Positions 29,667-40,224 are shown, counted from the stretch's first letter. The stretch is DNA of 64,000 nucleotides from Flavobacteriia bacterium (GCA_947490145.1 CANLGD010000009.1:337-64336); one strand, 5' to 3'. Notes: a model not told the origin generated them from the letters alone. Translations and numbers: made by a program.

Positions 29667-29704
29667 CTATCCATAAGTTCAAATTATAAATTTATATTGA
29701 TTCC

Positions 29705-30379
29705 ATGAAAGTATTTTTTGCAATTCTTGCGCTCTTAAGCAATTTTGTTTTATTATCGCAGCAAAGCTCCTATAATAAAGTTTCAATAGAAGCAAATATT
29801 GGTTTTACCAAACCCGTATATCCTTTTACAGAAGGATATTTTACAAATTTTCTGAGTCCAAGTCATACAAATTTGGGTTTTAGATATGCTTTGAATGAGC
29901 GGTTTGGAATTAGGGCAGATTTTGGCTTTGATCATTTCAAAAACGATGAATTTGGTAAAAATGATACAAGCATTGTATTTAAGTCAAATTATTACAGAAC
30001 AAGCCTTGAAGGAGTCATCAATTTGGGGAATATTATTTTCAAACAAAAGCCAATGAATGGTAAATTCGGCTTACTGTTACACGGAGGTGGTGGTTTTTCA
30101 ATATTACAAAGCCCACTGACTTTGAAAGGTATTGAATGGCGAGAAGATCAGTCTGACATCATGATTAATGTCATGATGGGCACAACTGGTCAGTATAAAG
30201 TTAACGAACGCTTAGCTCTTAACCTTGATTTAACGATGATTTCACATTTGCTTCAAACGTTTACATTTGACATGAACAATTCTGCCAAAAGAGGTGGATT
30301 TGACGGCGTCTTATTAAATGTAAACATGGGTGTGTCCTTTTATTTAGGGAAAAAACCACAACACATTGATTGGAAATAA
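29705..30379 (+). CDS. Outer-membrane beta-barrel protein (OmpA-N/porin-like)
   Basis: 224 aa. Signal peptide, alternating beta-strand pattern and C-terminal aromatic residue. It is paralogous to the N-terminal domain of the next gene. Confidence 0.65.
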   Translation: MKVFFAILALLSNFVLLSQQSSYNKVSIEANIGFTKPVYPFTEGYFTNFLSPSHTNLGFRYALNERFGIRADFGFDHFKNDEFGKNDTSIVFKSNYYRTSLEGVINLGNIIFKQKPMNGKFGLLLHGGGGFSILQSPLTLKGIEWREDQSDIMINVMMGTTGQYKVNERLALNLDLTMISHLLQTFTFDMNNSAKRGGFDGVLLNVNMGVSFYLGKKPQHIDWK

Positions 30380-30414
30380 AACTCTAGCAGCATTAACAGC
30401 AAAAAAATAAATTT

Positions 30415-31905
30415 ATGAAAATATTAGCTACTCTCATATCCACCCTTTTTATTTTAAATTTGTTTTCCCAAAAAACAGCAAATAATAAGTGGTCGGCAGA
30501 CCTAAATATTGGTTCTACAAATCCCTTTTCGAATTTATCAAAAAATTACTATGCAAATTACGTTGGTTTCTTGCATGCAGATTTGGGAGCAAGATACATG
30601 TTCTTAGAAAAAGTTGGAATGAAATTAGATTTTGGCTTTGACAGATTTCAAAATGATAATTTTGGTATTTACAAAGAAAGTCTTCCTTTCAATTCTATTA
30701 ATTACAGAACAAATTTACAAGGAATATTAAATATTGGTAAAATTTTGCATTACAGAGATTGGACTTCAAGAATTGGTTTAATTGCTCACGGTGGTTTTGG
30801 TGTATCAATTTTGAAAGGAGATAGCTCTACGGTTTCCGCTGTTAAATCAAAATTAACTGACAATTCTTTTAATGTTATTGCAGGAATATCCCCTCAAATT
30901 AAATTAAGTAATAAGATTGCTTTGAACCTAGATTTATCATTCATCTCAAATATCAACCAAAATTATAATTTTGATTTCAAAAATAAATCATATAATAGAT
31001 ATGGAATGATTGTAAATGTTTCTGCTGGAATGCATTATTACATAGGAAAACATAAAACACATTATGATTGGAATTTTGAAAACAAAGTAATAGACGAGCC
31101 AGAAGAAATAATAGTTCCTGAAATAGTGAATCCAATTGCTTCTGATTTGGATAAAGACGGAATTCTCGATTCCGTAGATGTTTGTCCGGAAGAATTTGGA
31201 TTAGCTGATTTTGATGGCTGCCCTAAGCCAGAAGTGACTTTTGATTGCAATTTGAGTGGTTATCCTGTATTTGCGTTTAAAGGTTCCAAAAGTGAAATAT
31301 TAGAACCATATAAACCTTACTTAGATTCCATTGCATTTTGTCTTAGCCAAGATAAACTAAAAAAACTAGTTATCTATGGTCACACAGACAAGTCAAGTGA
31401 TTCACTTTTTACTGATGAACTTTCTCTTGCTAGAGCAAATATAATCAAAAAAGAATTGGTCCTAAGGGGAATTAGTAGCGACAGAATTTTTACAATTGGA
31501 GAAGGCACTAAAAAAGCCTTGATTTCTGATGCAGAATTTTCTAAAGTAAAACACAATAGAATAGCTTATTTCAAAACGATTTCAAACAACCAATTTGATA
31601 TTCAGGTTCTCAAAACTGGTGAGTATCTTAACGGATTATTCTATACAGTTCAAATTGGCGCATTCAAGAAAGTAATTAGAAATAACAAGTTTACAAAATA
31701 TGGTAAAGTTTTAGTAGCCAAATCAACTGATGGATTTACCAAATATAGTGTTGACGTCTTTACAAGTTATGAAGATGCAAATAATGTATTAAAACTTTTA
31801 AAGAAAAGAGGTTTATTCAGTGACGCATTTATTGCAGCCTATTACTTAGGAGAACGAATCTCTATTAAAAGAGCTGCAGAAATATTAAAACTAGAAAATA
31901 AATAA
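30415..31905 (+). CDS. OmpA-family protein: beta-barrel + thrombospondin-type-3 repeat + OmpA_C + SPOR-like domain
   Basis: 496 aa. DLDKDGILDSVDVCPEEFG (TSP3), YGHTDKSSDSLFTDELSLARANIIKKELVLRGISSDRI (OmpA_C), FYTVQIGAFKK (SPOR-like). Confidence 0.85.
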   Translation: MKILATLISTLFILNLFSQKTANNKWSADLNIGSTNPFSNLSKNYYANYVGFLHADLGARYMFLEKVGMKLDFGFDRFQNDNFGIYKESLPFNSINYRTNLQGILNIGKILHYRDWTSRIGLIAHGGFGVSILKGDSSTVSAVKSKLTDNSFNVIAGISPQIKLSNKIALNLDLSFISNINQNYNFDFKNKSYNRYGMIVNVSAGMHYYIGKHKTHYDWNFENKVIDEPEEIIVPEIVNPIASDLDKDGILDSVDVCPEEFGLADFDGCPKPEVTFDCNLSGYPVFAFKGSKSEILEPYKPYLDSIAFCLSQDKLKKLVIYGHTDKSSDSLFTDELSLARANIIKKELVLRGISSDRIFTIGEGTKKALISDAEFSKVKHNRIAYFKTISNNQFDIQVLKTGEYLNGLFYTVQIGAFKKVIRNNKFTKYGKVLVAKSTDGFTKYSVDVFTSYEDANNVLKLLKKRGLFSDAFIAAYYLGERISIKRAAEILKLENK

Positions 31906-31914
31906 CAATAAAAT

Positions 31915-31942
31915 AGGCAAGAAAATTAAATCTTGCCTTTTT
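31915..31942. terminator. Intrinsic terminator between convergent genes
   Basis: AGGCAAGA (31915-31922), loop AAATTAAA, TCTTGCCT (31931-31938), then TTTT. Confidence 0.7.
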
Positions 31943-31947
31943 GGTTT

Positions 31948-32343
31948 CTAAACCTGACTGTAAATTCTTTCTATCAGAAGTGCTATTATTCTTTTATTAA
32001 TATCTTTCTTATTTTTAGTATAAAAGATAATTTCATCACTGGTAAAAAATCCAATAATCATGCCCAAATATAACTGTTTTAGCTGATTAGATGTCTTCAG
32101 AATTTTGACGATTTTTGTTAGCTTCAAGTCTGAAGTAAGTTTTTGAACGTCAAATTTGTTATCTAAACAAAAACTTTCAAAAGTGACTAAAATTATTTCA
32201 TTCTGAAACTTTAAAATTGGTCTCAATGTTTCACTTTGGAAATATTCAATTGTTAAACTGGTTGAAGTTTCAATTTCAATTTTAGGTAAAATACTTTTGA
32301 TTAATTTAGATCTCTCTTCCATTTGATAAACTTTTAAAATCAA
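31948..32343 (-). CDS. Hypothetical protein
   Basis: 131-aa ORF with no recognised motif. The real start may be the internal Met (MEERSKL). Confidence 0.4.
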   Translation of the reverse strand: MILKVYQMEERSKLIKSILPKIEIETSTSLTIEYFQSETLRPILKFQNEIILVTFESFCLDNKFDVQKLTSDLKLTKIVKILKTSNQLKQLYLGMIIGFFTSDEIIFYTKNKKDINKRIIALLIERIYSQV

Positions 32344-32415
32344 ACAAACTTACTCTACTTTTTGTTTGAAAGATAAATTTTACTTTGGAGTGACATTTAA
32401 AATTTCATTATTAAT

Positions 32416-33000
32416 CTAATCAGTAACTCCGTAGTCCAAACGTTTCGTCATGACATAGCGAGGAATAAAATAACGACTCGTTTTAAAATTATCCACTACA
32501 ACTCCCCTTGAAGTAGAAGAATGAATAAACTTAATCGCATCAGGAGTAACGTCAATTACCATTGCAACGTGACCAATCCTCGAAGATTTGGTACTACTAC
32601 CTTTAAAATACATTAAATCACCAGGACGAATATCAGATAATTTAACCGTTCTACCAAATTCAGCCATCCCATAACTAGAATGAACTAAACTTACTCCAAA
32701 ATTTCCGAAAATATATGAAATAAATCCTGAACAATCAAATCCTGACGGAGTTGTTCCAGAATATCTATAGGGAGTTCCTAAAAATTTCTTGGCATATGAA
32801 ATCAATTCATCCACTTGTTGACTATTTTTGAATGGAACAAAACTAGTTTTCAAAGAATCAATAATAAGCGAATCTTTTGATACAATTGTAGACGAATTAA
32901 TACTTTTAAGCGAATCGGACTTTACTTGAGAATAAGAATTACTCGAAATAAAAAGTAGCAAAGCACTAAAAATTATCTTATATTTGTATGAATTTAACAT
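32416..33000 (-). CDS. NlpC/P60 (C40) family peptidoglycan peptidase
   Basis: 194 aa. Signal peptide, catalytic Cys motif GFDCSGFISYIF and His motif GHVAMVI. Confidence 0.85.
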   Translation of the reverse strand: MLNSYKYKIIFSALLLFISSNSYSQVKSDSLKSINSSTIVSKDSLIIDSLKTSFVPFKNSQQVDELISYAKKFLGTPYRYSGTTPSGFDCSGFISYIFGNFGVSLVHSSYGMAEFGRTVKLSDIRPGDLMYFKGSSTKSSRIGHVAMVIDVTPDAIKFIHSSTSRGVVVDNFKTSRYFIPRYVMTKRLDYGVTD

Positions 33001-33047
33001 TGCGTTGCAAAAATAGTATTAATTTCACAAAATAAAAAATTGAAGTT

Positions 33048-33401
33048 TTGACCGAATTAGAATTAAAAAGCTTAAAAAAACTATATTATTCCATTGGTGA
33101 AGTAGCTACATTTTTTAATGTAAACACATCATTAATAAGGTTTTGGGAAAAAGAATTTAACTTCGTAGCCTCAAAAAAAACACAAAAAGGAAATCGACTA
33201 TACGCAATAAAAGATATTGAGAATTTTAACAAGATTTATCATTTGGTAAAAAAAGATGGATTTACCCTTGAAGGTGCAAAAAAATCTTTAAAATCAAAAA
33301 GCGATGTTGTTCAAAAAGATAATAGAGAACAATTAAACAAACAGGAACTTATTTTAAAGCTTGAACAAATTAAAAAAAGTTTACTTGATTTGAAAAAATA
33401 A
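33048..33401 (+). CDS. MerR-family transcriptional regulator
   Basis: 117 aa. HTH YYSIGEVATFFNVNTSLIRFWEKEF. TTG start as in the track. Confidence 0.8.
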   Translation: MTELELKSLKKLYYSIGEVATFFNVNTSLIRFWEKEFNFVASKKTQKGNRLYAIKDIENFNKIYHLVKKDGFTLEGAKKSLKSKSDVVQKDNREQLNKQELILKLEQIKKSLLDLKK

Positions 33402-33403
33402 AA

Positions 33404-34465
33404 TTAGCTTAAAACCTTTTTTAAAACTTCGATAATTTCATCGCGGCTGATTTCTTGATCAAATTCACATTGTCCTATCTCCGTTAATAAAACGCATAAA
33501 ATTTTATTACCCTGGTTTTTTTTATCTTGTTGCATTAAATTAATAATGGCATCATAATCTTCTTCCCTAATTGAAATAAGTTCGAAATTACTTATTATTA
33601 TTTGGTGAATAAAATCATAAATTGCAATGTCAATTTTACCTTTTAAATATGATAAATATGTCTCACACAGAATCCCAAGGGCAACCGCATGACCATGTTT
33701 TAATTGATTTTCTGATTCGAGAAAAAAACCTTCTATCGCATGACCAAAAGTATGCCCAAAATTTAATTTTTTACGTTCATTATTTTCATTGGGGTCTGCT
33801 AAGACAATTTCATTTTTGATTGAAACTGAATCGTAAATTAAATCCAAATTAATCTTTCCTTTTTCAATTGGAACCAATTTTTTAAAGTGATTTATATTCT
33901 TTACCAAGCCGTGTTTTATCATTTCAGCAAAACCATTAAGCTTTTCTTCTTCTGGTAATGTATGCAAAAAAGATTCATCAATAAAAATTGCTTTCGGATT
34001 CGAAAAAACTCCCAATTGATTTTTATAACTTCCTAAATCAATTCCAGTTTTACCTCCGATTGATGCGTCAACCATGGCTAAAAGCGAAGTCGGAATATTA
34101 ATAAAATCAATTCCTCGTTTATAAATAGACGCAATAAATCCACCCATATCTGTAACAACTCCACCACCAAGATTGATTATCAAGTCTTTACGAGATACTT
34201 TATACTCTGACAAAGCCTCCCAAACTTGAAAACAAACCTCCATGACTTTATTTTCTTCCCCTTCAGGCAAAAGCATAACTTCTGCATCGGCTAATTCAGC
34301 ATAATTTGTAATCAAATATTCCAAACAAAATTCATGTGTATTTTCATCAACCAAAATAATTTTTTTAGAATTACTGTAATTTTTCGTCAATAAATTCTGA
34401 AAATTTGAATCTAAAAGTGGTCCAAATTCAATAGAATAATCCTTTGCTTTGATGATTTTGTTCAT
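33404..34465 (-). CDS. aroB: 3-dehydroquinate synthase
   Basis: 353 aa. GGGVVTDMGGFIASIYKRGIDFINIPTSLLAMVDASIGGKTGIDL, FGHTFGHAIE. Confidence 0.9.
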   Translation of the reverse strand: MNKIIKAKDYSIEFGPLLDSNFQNLLTKNYSNSKKIILVDENTHEFCLEYLITNYAELADAEVMLLPEGEENKVMEVCFQVWEALSEYKVSRKDLIINLGGGVVTDMGGFIASIYKRGIDFINIPTSLLAMVDASIGGKTGIDLGSYKNQLGVFSNPKAIFIDESFLHTLPEEEKLNGFAEMIKHGLVKNINHFKKLVPIEKGKINLDLIYDSVSIKNEIVLADPNENNERKKLNFGHTFGHAIEGFFLESENQLKHGHAVALGILCETYLSYLKGKIDIAIYDFIHQIIISNFELISIREEDYDAIINLMQQDKKNQGNKILCVLLTEIGQCEFDQEISRDEIIEVLKKVLS

Positions 34466-34587
34466 AATGATTCAAAATTACTATTTATTTAACAACTAAA
34501 TTTAAAAAAACACCTGTTTTTAAAAAAATGAAATTAATTTTGTCTTAGTCAAAATATTAATTTATTAAAAAAATTAGCACTTAAGAA

Positions 34588-35757
34588 ATGATTTCATTTG
34601 AAAATACAGAGGTTGCATTTAAAAGTAAGACAAATCGTGATTTAAATAAAGCATATTGGTTATTTAAAATTATTGCAAGTCCAACTTTTGTGAAAATTGG
34701 AAAAATAGCAACAAATTTTGCCTTGAAAATTCACTTACCAATAAAAGGGATCATAAAAAAAACAATTTTTAGTCAATTTTGTGGTGGAGAGACGATTGAA
34801 GATTGTGAACAAGCAATTAAAAATTTAGGTTCATTCGGAATCGGAACAATTTTAGATTATTCTGTTGAAGGGAAAACTTCCTCTGAAGATTTTGAAAAAA
34901 CCACTTTAGAAATTATCGACACAATAAAAAGAGCAAAAGAATCCAAAACAATTCCATTTGCAGTTTTTAAAGTTACAGGAATTGCACGTTTTGATATTCT
35001 TGAAAAAGCAAATACAAACGAAGATTTGCTTTCAGAAAATGATAAAATCGAACTAGATGGAATAAAATCACGTGTAGAACGCATCTGTAAAAGTGGATTT
35101 GACTCAAATATCCCCGTTTTTATTGATGCTGAAGAAACCTGGATTCAAGACATTATTGACCGTATTTCAGAAGAAATGATGTTGAAGTTTAATAAAGAAA
35201 AAGCTATAATTTTCAACACTTTACAAATGTATCGTCACGACAGAATAGATTTTCTTGAAAAAGCGATAATTAGAGCAAAAAATCAAAATTTTCACTACGG
35301 AATTAAACTTGTGCGCGGAGCTTACATGGAAAAAGAACGAGCAAGAGCTGAAGCAAAAGGATATTTATCTCCGATTCAAAAAGACAAATTATTTTCAGAC
35401 TTAGATTACAACAAAGCTTTGGAAATAATCGTTAAAAACATTGAAATTTTGGCACTTTGTGCTGGAACGCACAATGAAGAAAGTTCTCTTTATTTGACAA
35501 AACTTTTGCAAGAAAATAACCTAGAAGAAAACGATCAACGCATTTATTTTGCGCAACTTTTAGGAATGAGCGATCATATTTCTTTCAATTTAGCGAATGC
35601 TCGATTTAATGTCGCTAAATATGTACCTTATGGTCCAATTAACGAAGTGATGCCTTATTTATTAAGAAGAGCAGATGAAAACACTTCAGTTGCTGGTCAA
35701 ACTGGACGAGAATTGTCCTTGATTTTAAAAGAAAAAGAAAGAAGGAAAAGCAAGTAA
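34588..35757 (+). CDS. Proline dehydrogenase family protein
   Basis: 389 aa. LQMYRHDR, KLVRGAYMEKER, FAQLLGMSD, YVPYGP, YLLRRADEN. Confidence 0.85.
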   Translation: MISFENTEVAFKSKTNRDLNKAYWLFKIIASPTFVKIGKIATNFALKIHLPIKGIIKKTIFSQFCGGETIEDCEQAIKNLGSFGIGTILDYSVEGKTSSEDFEKTTLEIIDTIKRAKESKTIPFAVFKVTGIARFDILEKANTNEDLLSENDKIELDGIKSRVERICKSGFDSNIPVFIDAEETWIQDIIDRISEEMMLKFNKEKAIIFNTLQMYRHDRIDFLEKAIIRAKNQNFHYGIKLVRGAYMEKERARAEAKGYLSPIQKDKLFSDLDYNKALEIIVKNIEILALCAGTHNEESSLYLTKLLQENNLEENDQRIYFAQLLGMSDHISFNLANARFNVAKYVPYGPINEVMPYLLRRADENTSVAGQTGRELSLILKEKERRKSK

Positions 35758-35917
35758 AAAAGTTTTTAGAAACTTTTGAAATGGATATATTAAATCAAAT
35801 TATCGACTTTTTATATTAGAAAAAAATGACTAACTTTGTATAAAAGGTTCTATTAATTTAGAAATTAAAATATAGATTTTAAAACAAGTACATTTTAAGT
35901 ATTAAATAATAGGTAGC

Positions 35918-36124
35918 ATGAAAATAATACTCGACATAAAAGATAGCAAAGCAGATTTCGTAATGGAACTTCTTCGAAGCTTTTCATTTGTTAAAACTGA
36001 AACAATAAGTAATACTAAAGCTAAGTTTTTTAAAGAACTAAAAGAAGCTGTTGAGGAAGTGAAAATGGCCAAACAAGGTAATATAAAACTAAAAACCGCT
36101 GAAGAACTTTTAAATGAACTATAA
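35918..36124 (+). CDS. Putative antitoxin of a type II TA pair
   Basis: 68-aa ORF overlapping the toxin gene by 11 nt. No motif recognised; the call rests on context. Confidence 0.45.
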   Translation: MKIILDIKDSKADFVMELLRSFSFVKTETISNTKAKFFKELKEAVEEVKMAKQGNIKLKTAEELLNEL

Positions 36125-36437
36125 TATTGAAGTTACTGCTTATTTCAGTAAACAGCTAAAACGATTGGTGAAAAAATTCCCTTCACTAAAAAAGGAGTTT
36201 TCTGATTTGATTGTTTTATTGAAAGAAAATCCTGAAATGGGAACAAACCTTGGTAATAATTGTTATAAAATCAGGCTTGCTATTGCTTCAAAGCAAAAAG
36301 GGAAAAGTGGAGGTGCTCGAATAATTACACATATACAAGTAATTGAAACTAAAATCTATCTTCTTTCCATTTATGATAAATCTGAACAATCAGATATTAG
36401 TGACAAAGAACTAGATATTTGGCTGAAAAATATTTAA
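36114..36437 (+). CDS. RelE/HigB-like type II toxin
   Basis: 107 aa. KGKSGGARIITHIQ, IYLLSIYDKSEQSDISDKEL is the characteristic KSGG-R-I ... Y-K-e...dis motif of this toxin family. Confidence 0.65.
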   Translation: MNYNIEVTAYFSKQLKRLVKKFPSLKKEFSDLIVLLKENPEMGTNLGNNCYKIRLAIASKQKGKSGGARIITHIQVIETKIYLLSIYDKSEQSDISDKELDIWLKNI

Positions 36438-36440
36438 AAA

Positions 36441-38924
36441 CTAGGCAGGATCTACATCAATTACAATTCTAATTCCTTTATTTGAAGGAGAACTGTAAAA
36501 GAAATCAATCATTTCTTGCAATCTTTCTTTGACCTTGATTGGCGAAACTTCACGTTCAATCTTAAGATTAATTTGCTTTAAATATAAGTTATTAATTCGC
36601 TTAATAAGAGGAAACTCAGGGCCTAAAACCCTTTCTTTAAATACTTTTTGCATGGAAGTAGCCAATTCCATTGCAGAAACGTTCAATTCATTTTCATTTT
36701 TATGTTTTAAAGTCAAGCGAATGATTTTATAGAAGGGTGGATAAAAGAAATTTCTCCTTTCAGTAATTTCAACAGAGTAAAATTCAGCAAAATTATTCTC
36801 AATTACCTTTTGAATAATCCAATGATCAGGTTCTCTTGTTTGAATGATTACTTTGCCTCGTTTTTTCTTTCTTCCCGCTCGACCTGCAACTTGAGTCATT
36901 AGCTGAAAACTGCGCTCAAATGCCCTAAAATCAGGACGATTTAAAAGCATATCCGCATCTAAAATACCCACAAGACTTACATTGTCGAAATCCAAACCTT
37001 TGGTCACCATTTGAGTGCCAATCAAAATATCTATTTTTTTGTCTTCAAAGTCAGAAATTAAATTTTGATACGCATTTTTAGATCTTGTAGAATCTAAATC
37101 CATTCTCGCAATCGTGATTTTTGGAAACAAAAGTTGCAAATCATCTTCAATCTTTTCGGTGCCAAATCCTAACATTTTTAAACGATTACTTCCACAACTA
37201 GAACATGTTCCAACTGGAGCAGAAGTATAACCACAGTAATGACATTTTAGGGAATTTGAATGTTTGTGATACGTCAAAGAAACGTCGCAGCTTTTACATT
37301 TTGGAATCCAAGCACAAACTTCGCATGACCAAAGTGGCGTATATCCCCTCCTATTTTGAAATAATATCACTTGTTCTCCTAATTTTAACGCATCATCGAT
37401 GTGTTGAATCAAAAAGGAAGAAAAATGCTCGTGCATTGTCTTTTGTCGATTTTCCTTTTTCACATCAGCAACTAGGATTTCTGGTAACTGGATTCCTCCA
37501 AAACGCTGGTTAATTTCAACTAAACCAAATTTTCCAGATTTTGCATTGAAATAGCTTTCTATGGAAGGAGTTGCAGAACCTAATAGTACTTTCGCTTTAA
37601 ATGATTTTGCTAAAACAAAAGCACAATCTCTAGCATTGTATCGTGGCGAAGGATCGTATTGCTTAAAGGAAGATTCATGTTCTTCATCAACAATTACTAA
37701 ACCCAAATTTTGAAAAGGAAGAAAAATAGATGACCTTGCGCCTAAAATTATTCTAAATCTTTCTGGATGATTTACCAATACATGATTCCAAATTTCAACA
37801 CGTTCATTTTGATTAAATTTAGAATGATAAACGCCAACCAAATCTCCAAAATAAGCTGCTAATCTTCTAATTAATTGGGTCGTAAGCGCAATTTCTGGAA
37901 GTAAAAATAAGACTTGATTTCCTAATTTTAATTGTTCTTCAATTAATTCAACATAAATTTCAGTTTTACCAGAACCAGTAATTCCGTGCAACAAACAAAT
38001 GTCTTTTTCCTCAAAAATTGTTCGAATTTCTGTCAAAGCTTTATCTTGAAAATCTGAAAGTTCCGTCTTTTCTTTCAATTCATTTTCTGCCTTAATAAAG
38101 CGGTCAATTTGTAATCTTTTAGATTCAATAATCCCATTCTTTTCCAAAGTTGTTAAAGCTGAATTAGAAATTTCTTTTTCAATTAAAACTTTTTTTGGGA
38201 CAAAAGAATTATCCATATTTGTTAAATCTGTTTCTTGCAGCAAGGCAATTAATGCCGAAAACTGTTTTTCCTTGGACTTATTATTCTCTAATTTTTCTAT
38301 AAAGAGATTTAACTTTTCTTCAGAATGATACTCTTTTGTAAAATTATAGAAAATAGCAGTTTTGGGAATGAATTTATAGCTTAATTCTTCCTGAGAAATA
38401 ACAATGTGTTTATCAATTAATTCCTTAATTATAGGGTGAATTGTTTTTATTCCAACAATTTCTGAAATTTCTTTTAGATCTAGTACTTCCTGAATATCAA
38501 GTGCTTCCACGATTTGAAATTGCCTGTCAGATAATTTACTCGTATCGCCATCAAAATCTGGGTGAATAGCAATTTTTGTTTCTGATGCTAATTTGAAATT
38601 TGACGGCAAAGCAGCATTCATAACATCCCCAATTGGTGCCATGTAATAATCAGCTATCCATCTCCAAAAATTGTATTGATTTCCTGTGATAATTGGATTT
38701 TCATCCAACAAATACTCAATGTATTTTACTTGGTAATTTTGAGGAACGTTTTCATGGATTCTACTAACTATTGCAGTATATAATTTCCCCTTTCCGAAAG
38801 GCACAACAACCCTCATACCTGACTTAATTAAGTCGTTCATTTCAAATGGAACTCGATAGGAGAATTCGTTTTTTACGGCAAGCGGAATAATTACATCAGC
38901 AAATAAGGTTTTGCGTTCACTCAT
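36441..38924 (-). CDS. priA: Primosomal protein N' (replication restart helicase)
   Basis: 827 aa. LLHGITGSGKTEIY (Walker A), VIVDEEHE (DEXH), Cys-rich zinc-binding region CEVCAWIPKCKSCDVSLTYHKHSNSLKCHYCGY, SCGS. Confidence 0.95.
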   Translation of the reverse strand: MSERKTLFADVIIPLAVKNEFSYRVPFEMNDLIKSGMRVVVPFGKGKLYTAIVSRIHENVPQNYQVKYIEYLLDENPIITGNQYNFWRWIADYYMAPIGDVMNAALPSNFKLASETKIAIHPDFDGDTSKLSDRQFQIVEALDIQEVLDLKEISEIVGIKTIHPIIKELIDKHIVISQEELSYKFIPKTAIFYNFTKEYHSEEKLNLFIEKLENNKSKEKQFSALIALLQETDLTNMDNSFVPKKVLIEKEISNSALTTLEKNGIIESKRLQIDRFIKAENELKEKTELSDFQDKALTEIRTIFEEKDICLLHGITGSGKTEIYVELIEEQLKLGNQVLFLLPEIALTTQLIRRLAAYFGDLVGVYHSKFNQNERVEIWNHVLVNHPERFRIILGARSSIFLPFQNLGLVIVDEEHESSFKQYDPSPRYNARDCAFVLAKSFKAKVLLGSATPSIESYFNAKSGKFGLVEINQRFGGIQLPEILVADVKKENRQKTMHEHFSSFLIQHIDDALKLGEQVILFQNRRGYTPLWSCEVCAWIPKCKSCDVSLTYHKHSNSLKCHYCGYTSAPVGTCSSCGSNRLKMLGFGTEKIEDDLQLLFPKITIARMDLDSTRSKNAYQNLISDFEDKKIDILIGTQMVTKGLDFDNVSLVGILDADMLLNRPDFRAFERSFQLMTQVAGRAGRKKKRGKVIIQTREPDHWIIQKVIENNFAEFYSVEITERRNFFYPPFYKIIRLTLKHKNENELNVSAMELATSMQKVFKERVLGPEFPLIKRINNLYLKQINLKIEREVSPIKVKERLQEMIDFFYSSPSNKGIRIVIDVDPA

Positions 38925-38967
38925 GATGTAAAATTAAGAAAAAGAAGTTTAATTTTTAAAAAAGAAA

Positions 38968-40125
38968 TTAATTGCAGAAAAAATTCTTTGTGTTATGCGT
39001 CGGATTATCACTACAAAAAGCCAAACCACCAGTAATTGCGCCTGTGCATAATTCTTGCATCGAATTTGTATTTAAACAAGCATAATAGGAAGAGCCCCCA
39101 GCGTAAACCCAAGCTTGTCTATATCTGTCTTCATGTGATCGTGAAGCAAAAATCCCTACCACTCTATGTCCATTTGAAACAGTTAAATTTGTAAATGAAG
39201 TTTTTGATTGAGACAAACTAGAAGATGGCTTATTTAACAATAAATATTTTTGTAATTCTGTACTTGCGCCATTTATTAAAATTCTCATTCCTTTCAGTTT
39301 ACGCTTAATAATATCTAAATCTGAACTTACATTTTCTTTAATTAAATTATAAAAAGTTTCACCCTCTGCTGAAGCTGAAACTGAACCTGAAGCAGGAATA
39401 TCATCAGATTCAATCTCACCAATTTTCCATTCAATTGTTTTTGAATATTTTAGGTTATCAACATTATTTACAGAGTTGTATTCTTCAAAATCAATGTATA
39501 ATTTTGCTTCAACTTTTTTAGAGTTACCTGCATTAAAAGCAAAAGAAGCAGTTTTATAAGCATTCGTATTATTATCTTTTTCAAATTTAATTTCACTGGT
39601 AGTTGAAGGTGTATTAATGACCATATCATGCACCAATTCTATTCGCTCACTTGTAACTTTAAATTCTCCATCATTTATATTTGCTTCAAACTGATATTTT
39701 GTGGTTCCATTTCCGATTAAAGGCTGTGATGCAGTGGTTGTAAAATAATATAGTTTTTGTTCAGGTGCGTAAAATGCACCTTCTTCTTTGTTCGCAATAA
39801 TCGTATCTTTTAAAACAAAAACTCTTCCTGGAGAACCAGCATTAAATTCTTTCACCACAGCATCAACTTGCTTGAAATAACTAGAATCAGGTATTTTAGC
39901 CAATTCAACTTGATTACCTCCACCATAAAAAGCTTTCGTAATTTTCACGAAATGAATGGTATCTCTAATATCTAAAGTCGCAAAAACAATGGCTGTTTTT
40001 TTTCCATCTGTACTTGGTAAAATTTCTTCAGAACAAGAAGTTAAAAATAACGTTGCTGTTGAAAGAAATAAAAAAAAGAATTTAGATTTTGAAAGTCCAC
40101 CAAGGCGGAGAGCTATATTTTTCAT
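38968..40125 (-). CDS. Hypothetical lipoprotein
   Basis: 385 aa. Lipobox LFLTSC and a Cys-containing C-terminus. No family recognised. Confidence 0.5.
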   Translation of the reverse strand: MKNIALRLGGLSKSKFFFLFLSTATLFLTSCSEEILPSTDGKKTAIVFATLDIRDTIHFVKITKAFYGGGNQVELAKIPDSSYFKQVDAVVKEFNAGSPGRVFVLKDTIIANKEEGAFYAPEQKLYYFTTTASQPLIGNGTTKYQFEANINDGEFKVTSERIELVHDMVINTPSTTSEIKFEKDNNTNAYKTASFAFNAGNSKKVEAKLYIDFEEYNSVNNVDNLKYSKTIEWKIGEIESDDIPASGSVSASAEGETFYNLIKENVSSDLDIIKRKLKGMRILINGASTELQKYLLLNKPSSSLSQSKTSFTNLTVSNGHRVVGIFASRSHEDRYRQAWVYAGGSSYYACLNTNSMQELCTGAITGGLAFCSDNPTHNTKNFFCN

Positions 40126-40224
40126 CTGAAAGTTTTCGTTTTTAATAGTGGACCAAAGATAGAAATAAAATTTTAAACTAACTTTACATTTAAAACAAGA
40201 ATCGCTGCACTTTAGAATAAAACT

